Part shown: positions 39,421 through 46,772 of the stretch, in pieces
Layout: every line of letters begins with the position of its first letter
Position numbering within the stretch: position 1 is the stretch's first letter
Source: Candidatus Woesearchaeota archaeon
Lineage (GTDB): Archaea; Nanobdellota; Nanobdellia; Pacearchaeales; UBA284
Direction: 5' to 3'
NCBI GenBank assembly: GCA_964599615.1
Contig: CAZRGF010000003.1
Span: forward strand, 26,289-90,288
Length of the DNA stretch: 64,000 bases
The notes under the pieces: model-generated
What the model saw: only the letters and a program-made list of their open reading frames with translations
Told to the model about the DNA's origin: nothing
The model's database searches: none
Position numbers and translations under genes: made by a program

Positions 39421-39953
39421 CTTTGTCCCCTAACTTTATCTTCTAACTTTAAAGTTTGAATATATCTATTCAAATAAGTTTCCTCGCTTGGGATAGAATA
39501 AAATCTTGTCTCAAGCCATTTTATTATTACAGAAATTGCAGTTTCAAAATCAACATAATCTGCACCAATTCCAAGAACATTACTGTTATTATGTTTTCTC
39601 GAAGTTTCTGCTTCCTTAACACTTAAACATCTTGCAGGAATAACCCTTTTATGTTTAGAAGCTGGAATTAAAATCCCTATGCCAGAACCGCATATTCCTA
39701 TTCCCACCTTGTTTAGATAATCTTTTTCAATTTCTAATCCGATTTTATCAGATATTTCTGGATAGTCACATCTTTCTTTTGAATAAGTCCCGACATCTAT
39801 AATTTCATAACCTTCTTTAGTCAAAACCTCCCTTATCCTCCCCTTATACTCAAAACCTCGATGGTCAGAACCTAAGACAATTGTCTTTTTTTTATAATCC
39901 CCAATAGGTATCGTACAACCTTCACTTATTATAACTTCTTCTGTATTTCCCAT
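39417..39953 (-). CDS. rpiB: ribose-5-phosphate isomerase B (RpiB/LacAB family)
   Basis: LGSDHRGFEYK, ICGSGIGILIPASK and NSNVLGIGADYV. Confidence 0.8.
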   Translation of the reverse strand: MGNTEEVIISEGCTIPIGDYKKKTIVLGSDHRGFEYKGRIREVLTKEGYEIIDVGTYSKERCDYPEISDKIGLEIEKDYLNKVGIGICGSGIGILIPASKHKRVIPARCLSVKEAETSRKHNNSNVLGIGADYVDFETAISVIIKWLETRFYSIPSEETYLNRYIQTLKLEDKVRGQR

Positions 39954-40048
39954 ATGCTCACCAATTAAATTTCTATATTAAAACAAAGTACACGGTTTTA
40001 AAAAACCTTTTAAATCCCTTGATTATAGCTAATTATACCTAAGATTAT

Positions 40049-40120
40049 GGCTGTGTATCTCAGTGGTAGAGAGCCGCTCTCATAAGGCGGATGCCGGGAG
40101 TTCAATCCTCCCCACAGCCA
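40049..40120 (+). tRNA. tRNA with a CAT anticodon (elongator Met, or Ile2 if C34 is modified)
   Basis: Cloverleaf: ggctgtg/cacagcc acceptor, tctc/gaga D stem, ccgct/ggcgg anticodon stem, loop ctCATaa, T arm gggag-ttcaatc-ctccc. Confidence 0.9.
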
Positions 40121-40155
40121 TATTTGAGTTAAAAAGAGGTAAGTTTTAATAGAGG

Positions 40156-40196
40156 AATTTGGTTTGCAACGTCGTGAACTCAGAGTTCATCAAACC
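40156..40196 (+). promoter_or_regulatory. conserved two-tier stem-loop motif, copy G1, upstream of the SNase-like gene
   Basis: aatttGGTTTGcaacgtcgTGAACtcagaGTTCAtCAAACC. Same architecture as 43042..43088 on the minus strand. Confidence 0.35.
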
Positions 40197-40226
40197 AACT
40201 AACTGGTTCATTTAACTTATAAAAAA

Positions 40227-40985
40227 ATGGTGAAAAAAACAATAATTTTGCCTATATTATTATTAATTCTAATCCTTTCCCTCTTTCTCTCAGGTTGCGT
40301 AACCCAACAAGCAATAAAAAATACAGACTTACAAAACAAAGAAAAAACAATAGTTACCAAAATAATTGACGGCGACACCGTAGTTATTCAAGGTGGTGAA
40401 CATGTTAGACTTTTAGGAATAGATACTCCTGAAAAAGGCGAGCCATATTACTCTGATGCTAAAAATTATTTAGAAACAAGAGTTTTTATGAAAGAAGTTT
40501 ATATTGAATCAGATGCAGAAGACAAAGACCAATATGATAGACTATTAAGATACATTTGGCTCGATGATTCTTTAGTTAATCTCGAGATAGTCCAACATGG
40601 ACTTGCAATAGCAAGATTCTATGACAATATGAAATACAAAACAGAAATTCAAGAAGCTGAAGCTCTTGCCATAAACCAGAAAATCGGCATCTGGTCCCAA
40701 TTAGATAATAATCAAAACAATTCACCACAAACCCGGGCATCAATAGACAATCAAGTTATAACACTTAACAATACAGACGTTATAGACTCTACACTTACTG
40801 ATGATTCCTGTGTCTCATTAGGTTGTCCGCAAGGCACATTGTATGTTGCATCAAAGAATTCAGACAAATATCATAAATGTTCATGTTCATTTGCAAAAAG
40901 AATCTCCCAACAAAACCTTGTTTGCTTTTCAAGTAAGGAAGAAGCTGAAAAAAATCACCAAGCTTGTTCTTCTTGCAAGCCCTAA
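40227..40985 (+). CDS. secreted or lipid-anchored thermonuclease (SNase-like) with a C-terminal Cys-rich zinc module
   Basis: Signal peptide with LSGC. VIDGDTV, RLLGIDTPE and RYIWL SNase motifs. C-terminal HKCSCSF...CSSCKP. Confidence 0.85.
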   Translation: MVKKTIILPILLLILILSLFLSGCVTQQAIKNTDLQNKEKTIVTKIIDGDTVVIQGGEHVRLLGIDTPEKGEPYYSDAKNYLETRVFMKEVYIESDAEDKDQYDRLLRYIWLDDSLVNLEIVQHGLAIARFYDNMKYKTEIQEAEALAINQKIGIWSQLDNNQNNSPQTRASIDNQVITLNNTDVIDSTLTDDSCVSLGCPQGTLYVASKNSDKYHKCSCSFAKRISQQNLVCFSSKEEAEKNHQACSSCKP

Positions 40986-41566
40986 TCCTCTTTCTTGCCT
41001 TGTCTTTTCCTGAAATAATCCAGGCTTAGATTATTTTTTAATAAAAAAGATTCAAATTCTTTAGGATTAGAAACATTATTCTTTAAAACCCCTTCATAAA
41101 TGTTATAAGACATGCCCATTCTCAAAAGTTTTCTTTTAAGATAATAATTTTTAAGTTCTAGTATGATTCTTCTTTTTTCTTTTGTCAATAATGGTTTTAT
41201 CCATCTATCATGATCGGCACTATCTGGTTTTTCAGTACAAAAGAATAAATCAACTGCCCATTTTCCTTTTCGATTATAATCAAAACCCATGACTAATCCA
41301 CTTAGATGTTCATAAGAGCGGACTTTAATATTTTCAGCATTCTTTTCTGAAAGTTCTCCTTTTACATACTTAACCGCTTGTTTAGGAGTGACTGCCTTAT
41401 ACAAATGAACATGAAAATCAATATCTCTTTTAACAACAGTTCCTAAAGAAACACTTCCAACAAGATATGCTTTACCTGTTTCTTTTAGGATATTTTCAAG
41501 GTCTAATCTTTTTATTATTTCAAAAGCGATTCTTCTCCTTTTTTCTGATATCTCAATTAAATTCAT
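40982..41566 (-). CDS. Pol-beta-superfamily nucleotidyltransferase-fold protein
   Basis: LVGSVSLGTVVKRDIDFHV (GS...DxD pattern). Confidence 0.5.
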   Translation of the reverse strand: MNLIEISEKRRRIAFEIIKRLDLENILKETGKAYLVGSVSLGTVVKRDIDFHVHLYKAVTPKQAVKYVKGELSEKNAENIKVRSYEHLSGLVMGFDYNRKGKWAVDLFFCTEKPDSADHDRWIKPLLTKEKRRIILELKNYYLKRKLLRMGMSYNIYEGVLKNNVSNPKEFESFLLKNNLSLDYFRKRQGKKED

Positions 41567-41583
41567 TTTTCAAACCCTGAAAA

Positions 41584-41655
41584 CGTCCCCACGAGGAATT
41601 GCACCCCGGTCCTCTCCTCCGCAAGGAGATATTCTATCTGCTGAACTATGGGGAC
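41584..41655 (-). tRNA. tRNA-Arg (GCG) with an atypical D/T loop
   Basis: Minus-strand read: gtcccca ta gttc agcagata gaat a tctcc ttGCGga ggaga ggac cgggg tgcaatt cctcg tggggac g. Confidence 0.8.
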
Positions 41656-41728
41656 CTGATAAGAGAAAATATCTTGATTTTATAATCTTAACTACTTGAT
41701 TTATTGACAAGAACAAAATTAATAACAC

Positions 41729-41777
41729 CTACAGATGGCTGAAAGCCAAATTTTCAAAATCTGCTCTTCGCTTTTCC
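41729..41777 (-). repeat. REP-like bipartite intergenic element, copy F4
   Basis: Minus-strand read: ggaaaagcgaagagcagattttgaaaatttGGCTttcAGCCatctgtag. Begins 3 nt after the EndoQ-like stop. Confidence 0.45.
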
Positions 41778-41780
41778 TGA

Positions 41781-42992
41781 TTAAAATAATTTCTTCTGTT
41801 CTTCCAAAACAGCTTTTCCATATTCTCCATCAAAACCAGGTTCAACCTTGACTTTTCCTACCCTATTTCTCAAAATCAAAGAAGCTAATTTTTCATCACA
41901 GACTTTTCTTAAGTCTACTTCTGGTGTGTTCATCAAAATCTCAAATTCATTTCCAAATTTGTTAATCAAAGAATCATATTCTGACCAGACTTTTTTGCTG
42001 GACATGGCATTTCCTACAATCAAAGAGATTAACTCATGTAAAGGAAGCATTGAATAAAAAGGCAAGGCATTTTCAGGCTTGTATCCTTCTGGCCTATCAG
42101 CTAATTTTTCAACTCTGTTCAAGACTCCTATTGTCAATGGTTTGCTGCAAATAGGGCAGGTATTATTCCTTTTTTTGCTTTCTTGTGGTGAGCAAGAAAA
42201 TTTGCAGAACCTATGTCCATCAAAATGATATTTGCCGTAATTGGGGTCAACTTCAATTGTTCCCATTAGTCCCTCTTTTGTTCTTATAGCGTTTATCAAA
42301 TTCTTGTAACTTAATTCTTTCAAATCAAAAATAGTTGATTCTCTTCCTATCCTCCAAGGCCAATAACTATGCAAATCAGAAAAAGAAAGTATTGAAAATT
42401 TATCTAATCTAGATAATCTCCAGTTCATATCGGGGCTAGAAGACATTCCTGTTTCAAAAGAATAAATATGTTTGACCTGGTCTTGGAAAGCTTCTTCCAT
42501 TGAATCAAAACCAGTTGCAGAGCCAAAAACACCAAACCATGGTGTCCAGATATGCGCAGGAATGATTTCAATTTCATCGGAGATATTTTTTAAACTTTCA
42601 GTAAACTCTATGCAAGAAATATTAAAAATAGGCCTGCCATCATAATCAATTCTTCCGTGTTTCAGTAGATAACTTGTAATCTGGTCAACTACTTCAAAAC
42701 TTGGAGCTAATATAACAAGATGAATTCTTCTTCCTTTTCCCCCCTGCGAATACATCAAGGAAATTTCTCCTTGTAATACAAAAGGAAAACCATTTTTAGT
42801 CTTCAAAATGCCATTTTCTTCATGAAGCTCTTGTTTTAGTTCTTTGATCCATAAAGGATGAGTAAAATCTCCGGTTCCTAAAATATTAACCCCCTTGATT
42901 TTAGCCCATTTCTCCAGATTAGCGACATTCAAATCATGACTAGTTGCTCTTGCAAATCTTGAATGTATATGTAAATCAGTTATATATCTCAT
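41781..42992 (-). CDS. PHP-domain endonuclease resembling endonuclease Q (EndoQ)
   Basis: DLHIHSRFARATS and GTGDFTHP (PHP metal ligands). Zn finger CKFSC...CPIC followed by LTIGVLNRVEKLADRP. 403 aa. Confidence 0.65.
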   Translation of the reverse strand: MRYITDLHIHSRFARATSHDLNVANLEKWAKIKGVNILGTGDFTHPLWIKELKQELHEENGILKTKNGFPFVLQGEISLMYSQGGKGRRIHLVILAPSFEVVDQITSYLLKHGRIDYDGRPIFNISCIEFTESLKNISDEIEIIPAHIWTPWFGVFGSATGFDSMEEAFQDQVKHIYSFETGMSSSPDMNWRLSRLDKFSILSFSDLHSYWPWRIGRESTIFDLKELSYKNLINAIRTKEGLMGTIEVDPNYGKYHFDGHRFCKFSCSPQESKKRNNTCPICSKPLTIGVLNRVEKLADRPEGYKPENALPFYSMLPLHELISLIVGNAMSSKKVWSEYDSLINKFGNEFEILMNTPEVDLRKVCDEKLASLILRNRVGKVKVEPGFDGEYGKAVLEEQKKLF

Positions 42993-43041
42993 GTTCTATT
43001 TTTATTTAATCTCTATAAGTTTATAATTGATTTTATTTAGT

Positions 43042-43088
43042 AGTTCTGGCGCATCTAACTCTATGCGCAACGTTGCAGAACCAAATTT
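43042..43088 (-). promoter_or_regulatory. conserved two-tier stem-loop motif, copy G2, upstream of the EndoQ-like gene
   Basis: Minus-strand read: aaatttGGTTCTGcaacgttGCGCATagagttagATGCGCCAGAACt. Lies 50-96 nt upstream of the ATG at 42992. Confidence 0.35.
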
Positions 43089-43207
43089 ATGGATTAATTA
43101 ACTTTAATTAACACTTAACTCACTTTTTAGTTACTCTTTCCTCTTAACCTATATTTTCTACTACCGGTTTATTTAAATATTATGTGGTGATAAAATATCA
43201 TAAAAAA

Positions 43208-43864
43208 ATGGGTAACCAAGAGGACCTTTTAGAAATCATAAAAAATGCTTCTCCAGAAGAAGCTGAACAATATCTTTTAGCGCTTATGCCTCAATTAAAA
43301 ATAAGAATGGATCCTGGAAGGAGACCTAGCTGGGATTCTAAATTTATGTTAGAAGCTAAACTAGCAGTAGTGCGTTCAACTTGTATATCCAGACCAACAG
43401 GAGCAGTTATTGTAAGAGACAACAGAATACTAACAACAGGTTATAATGGGGCATTGTCTGGAATGCCAGATTGTCTTAGTGATGGGGCCTGTTATAGGAG
43501 AGCATATAACCTACCAGAAGGTCCTTCAAAATATGATTTTTGCAGATCTTCACATGCAGAAAAAAATGCAATTGCATTTGCCGCACGAGACGGCATAAAA
43601 ATCGAGGGAGCAACACTATATTGTACTCTTCATCCATGCATTGATTGCGCAAAATTAATAGTAGCTTCAGGAATAAAAGAAGTAGTATATGAACTAGGAT
43701 ACGAATCCGGAGATAAAGAAAGAGATAATCATTGGATGAAATTTCTTAAAGATTGTAAGATAAAAGTAAGGCAATATGTTCCTTCCGAATTAGACAAAGC
43801 TTATGCTATAGCATTTCTTGCCCAAGAATATACCTCTGCTAGAATGCTCAAGCCACAGAAATAA
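43208..43864 (+). CDS. dCMP deaminase (ComEB/cytidylate deaminase family)
   Basis: SHAEKNAI and PCIDCAKLI zinc motifs. Start at the ATG about 30 nt downstream of tttaaatat; the track start 43184 is GTG. Confidence 0.85.
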   Translation: MGNQEDLLEIIKNASPEEAEQYLLALMPQLKIRMDPGRRPSWDSKFMLEAKLAVVRSTCISRPTGAVIVRDNRILTTGYNGALSGMPDCLSDGACYRRAYNLPEGPSKYDFCRSSHAEKNAIAFAARDGIKIEGATLYCTLHPCIDCAKLIVASGIKEVVYELGYESGDKERDNHWMKFLKDCKIKVRQYVPSELDKAYAIAFLAQEYTSARMLKPQK

Positions 43865-43876
43865 AACAAAAATAAA

Positions 43877-45502
43877 ATGACATACGCAACAGTAGAACCA
43901 AGAATAGAAATTATTGATTACTGCCCAAAAGTTGTTGACAAAGATGGAAAAGTCATTCTGACTCCCGATAATATTATTGCTTTAAGTTCTATGAGGGTTA
44001 GAAATAATCTCAATATGTACCAAAACCTAAAAAAGATGGAAGAAGGAGATAAGGATATTGGAAAAAAATTAAAAACCACAACAATCGGTTCAACAGGAAG
44101 AGGACATGCTTCAGCAACTACCTCGATTTATGTGGCTATCGATTTTGGTGGAACATGTTCAAAATTAGTTGATTCTATGTTTACAGGAGCCAAATTCGGA
44201 ACATCCTTGATGCCTTCTGGAAGAGCAACAGGAATAAACCGAGAACAAATTGTAATCCCCAAAGCAATTGCAGAACACCCCGACGCAGAAGTTCGAAGAA
44301 TCTATATCGAAGCTTCGGAATATAATATTGATTTGTATGAAAAACTTCTGGCTAGGGAAGTAAACCAAGATGCAGCAGGCAAGATAGTCCAGTATGGGAT
44401 TTATGGGGGGGGCTTCACTGTAATGCCTCTAGAAACAATAATCGGATTTGCTCTTGATTATGAACTAAACCCCAAGGCGATTCCAGAAGAGGGAAAACAA
44501 ATCCTCAAACAAATTGAACACAGCATGAAAAGAATAGGCGCAAGCCAAACATATGCGGCTAGAAAAAATGCGGCTAGAGCAAGCTACCCCAATCCCAATA
44601 TATTCAAATTTTCAGATAATCATATTTCAGATCTTGTCAAAGAACATCCAGAAATTTTGGTTAATCCGAGAATAATTCATCTAAAAAACCTAGAATCTAA
44701 ACGAAGAGACTTGAGCCTAGAAGATTCTCTAGAATTTGGTAAGGAGATCAGACAAGACCCTAAACAAGTGATTGAAAATTGGCAGAAATTTTTGGTAGAC
44801 AGAAAAGATATTGTTGATGCTTATAATCTGACAAGTGAAGTCCAAATTGCCTCTGTAATTCCCTGGAGAGTTTGGGGTGAAGTTAAAAGACACAGGACAA
44901 TGCCCCAAAATGCCGAGTCAATTTATCTTGCTGTTGACAGAGCTAAAAACGTTTTATATGAAACAGATCTTGATAATCCTGGAAAAAATTTAGAAAGACT
45001 TGAACAGGTCATCTCAATTCCACCCTCAATAAAATCAGACCCAGAAAATCTTAAAGACTGGGTTAAAGCTTACTATCAATCTTTTAAAGCATATGATTCT
45101 TTATCACAATTAAAATATGGGATAAGTTTATCCGACACTATTCAAGTCATTCCTAGGGGAGTAAAACTTGGGGTTGAAAAAGTGATTGATTTATTCAATC
45201 TAACAAATGGTTATTACCCTCTTAGATTATGTGGGACAGCAGAAGAAGAAATGAGGAGAAATACAATATATGAAGTAGAACTAATCAAAAATGCTATAGG
45301 CAATCCAGCAATAAACAACCAGATAGTTCCCAAATGTGCATACATTGGTTTTTGTCTAGAATCTTGGAAAAAATGCTGCCACGCAATTGATAAACATATT
45401 GGCTTTGAATACACAGAAGAAATCCACCAGTTTTTTGAAAAAGCTAGAAAACTAGCAATAGACATGACTCTTTCAGAAATTGGTTCTTCAGAAGAAAATT
45501 AA
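43877..45502 (+). CDS. long (541 aa) ThyX-like protein, possibly an internally duplicated flavin-dependent thymidylate synthase
   Basis: RHRTM in the C-terminal half (ThyX RHRxxS-like). GRGHASATTS in the N-terminal half resembles the ThyX HxS region. Starts 13 nt downstream of the dCMP deaminase stop. Confidence 0.45.
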   Translation: MTYATVEPRIEIIDYCPKVVDKDGKVILTPDNIIALSSMRVRNNLNMYQNLKKMEEGDKDIGKKLKTTTIGSTGRGHASATTSIYVAIDFGGTCSKLVDSMFTGAKFGTSLMPSGRATGINREQIVIPKAIAEHPDAEVRRIYIEASEYNIDLYEKLLAREVNQDAAGKIVQYGIYGGGFTVMPLETIIGFALDYELNPKAIPEEGKQILKQIEHSMKRIGASQTYAARKNAARASYPNPNIFKFSDNHISDLVKEHPEILVNPRIIHLKNLESKRRDLSLEDSLEFGKEIRQDPKQVIENWQKFLVDRKDIVDAYNLTSEVQIASVIPWRVWGEVKRHRTMPQNAESIYLAVDRAKNVLYETDLDNPGKNLERLEQVISIPPSIKSDPENLKDWVKAYYQSFKAYDSLSQLKYGISLSDTIQVIPRGVKLGVEKVIDLFNLTNGYYPLRLCGTAEEEMRRNTIYEVELIKNAIGNPAINNQIVPKCAYIGFCLESWKKCCHAIDKHIGFEYTEEIHQFFEKARKLAIDMTLSEIGSSEEN

Positions 45503-45513
45503 TTATTTCTAAA

Positions 45514-45918
45514 TTATCTCTGGGCTTTTCCACAAGTTGCTATCTCATATTTTATGAAATCTTCTGCAAACTTATCTGGTTTCCACTCAGGGAATCTTTT
45601 CGAATTGACTTGGAACAAATACAAGAATTTTCTTTGTTCTCCATATTCAAATCTTTTTGAATTAGCGGTTGCAACGCACATCAAAGGATCTTTTAATTTT
45701 TCTAAAACAATGCCAGAACCTGTTTTTGATAATATAACAGAAGCATAAGTGTTATCATAATCCATCCAAATTTCAATTTTGACTGGAACAGAGCTAAATA
45801 AAGGCAGTTTATCAGAAACACCCATCAACTCCTTGCTGACAGCATCTCTGTATATTCTTAAGAATTCAGAGAAGAAATTCTTGACTTCTTGCTCATCTAA
45901 TACTGGTGTTGTTATCAT
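45514..45918 (-). CDS. hypothetical protein (134 aa)
   Basis: ORF-track ORF. No motif recognised. Confidence 0.5.
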   Translation of the reverse strand: MITTPVLDEQEVKNFFSEFLRIYRDAVSKELMGVSDKLPLFSSVPVKIEIWMDYDNTYASVILSKTGSGIVLEKLKDPLMCVATANSKRFEYGEQRKFLYLFQVNSKRFPEWKPDKFAEDFIKYEIATCGKAQR

Positions 45919-46087
45919 CTTTCTCTTTTTTCTTTATCTTTTTTTAATTCAATCAATTAAAGTATTCGCAATTTGAGTTTTTAAATATTTATGTGCCCAA
46001 AAATGCATATTTTTGGCATCCCAAAAACTAGAAAAGTTTTTTAGGATTGCAAAAAGAACATAAATATTTTATTTATGATTTGCCTAT

Positions 46088-46142
46088 TTAGTGAAAAGCG
46101 AAGCGCAGATTTGAAACTTTAGCTCTTTGAGCCATCTTTAAG
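46088..46142 (+). repeat. REP-like bipartite intergenic element, copy F2
   Basis: ttagtgaaaagcgaagcgcagatttgaaactttAGCTCtttGAGCCatctttaag. Confidence 0.45.
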
Positions 46143-46219
46143 TTGTAGGTTAAAATTAATATTTAGGGATTTGTTGAGCAGAAGATAATTTAATAAGGTT
46201 TTGCATCATCAAAAAATTA

Positions 46220-46248
46220 TTAGTGAAAAGCGAAGCGCAGATTTGAAA
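46220..46248 (+). repeat. REP-like element, module 1 only, copy F3
   Basis: A 29-nt perfect repeat of 46088-46116 (ttagtgaaaagcgaagcgcagatttgaaa), 132 bp downstream of it. Confidence 0.45.
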
Positions 46249-46280
46249 TTAAGAATTAATTATTTACAATTATTTCAGTA

Positions 46281-46615
46281 CTTGACTTTGCTAATGCGAG
46301 TTGTACTGCAATAAATCCTATTGGGAGTTATTCTCAATTTCACAAAGAATTTTTCAAAGACAAAAGCTAAGGATCAAATCAAGATAATTTACTTGGTCAA
46401 TTATTTATTCTCTAACTAAAAGCATCAGCGCAGTATTCGAATGTAACTAACATAATACTAGATAAATTTAACATTACAGAGATAAGTTTAAAGGCGAACT
46501 TTAGCAGTTAAAGTTATGCCTTTGTTGTTTGAATTTTTGCTCCTGCTTTTTTGTTTGTATTTTGTGCAGTGACGAAGTCAAGAAGATAATTTACATTATC
46601 TCTGGCAAAGTCAAG
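46281..46615. mobile_element. composite or nested MITE-like element, copy P2 (335 bp)
   Basis: Left end cttgactttgctaatgcgag and right end ggcaaagtcaag. Perfect 6-bp flanking repeat tcagta at 46275-80 and 46616-21. Internal extra right-end-like tgacgaagtcaag at 46570-82, plus a degenerate end near 46395-46408. Confidence 0.45.
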
Positions 46616-46686
46616 TCAGTAATAAGTATATGCAAGATTATTCATGAAAAGGTTTATATTCAATTAACTCTCAGGTTTTTCATTAC

Positions 46687-46768
46687 GCCCAGATGGCCCA
46701 ATGGTAAGGCGCGTGCCTAGAGAGCACGTTTCCGAAAGGATATCGGGGTTCGATTCCCTGTCTGGGCG
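46687..46768 (+). tRNA. type II tRNA, Ser identity; the anticodon reads AGA in my fold
   Basis: gcccaga/tctgggc acceptor, discriminator G. Anticodon stem cgtgc/gcacg with loop ctAGAga. 15-nt variable region with a tcc/gga stem. T arm cgggg-ttcgatt-ccctg. Confidence 0.85.
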
Positions 46769-46772
46769 TTTT

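Noticed and set aside
46088-46248. Possible mini CRISPR array: two identical 29-nt repeats ending in ...ATTTGAAA(C), which resembles the 3' handle of many CRISPR repeats.
   Set aside because: There are only two direct copies, separated by a 103-nt interval, far longer than normal spacers. The same sequence occurs singly at five other loci in both orientations, usually fused to a hairpin module. No cas genes are in the window. A dispersed REP-like repeat explains it better.
45919-46686. Possible replication origin: a long AT-rich gene-free region with direct and inverted repeats.
   Set aside because: No orc1/cdc6 gene is adjacent. The repeats lack the ORB dyad/G-string pattern and recur at ordinary intergenic sites elsewhere in the window. 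No clear switch in gene orientation occurs here. It cannot be excluded without genome-wide skew analysis.
46529-46720. Track ORFs overlapping tRNA genes: 46529..46720 (tRNA-Ser), 51243..51452 (tRNA-Pro) and 56889..57176 (tRNA-Val).
   Set aside because: They read through well-folded tRNA genes and have no coding signals, so they are spurious.
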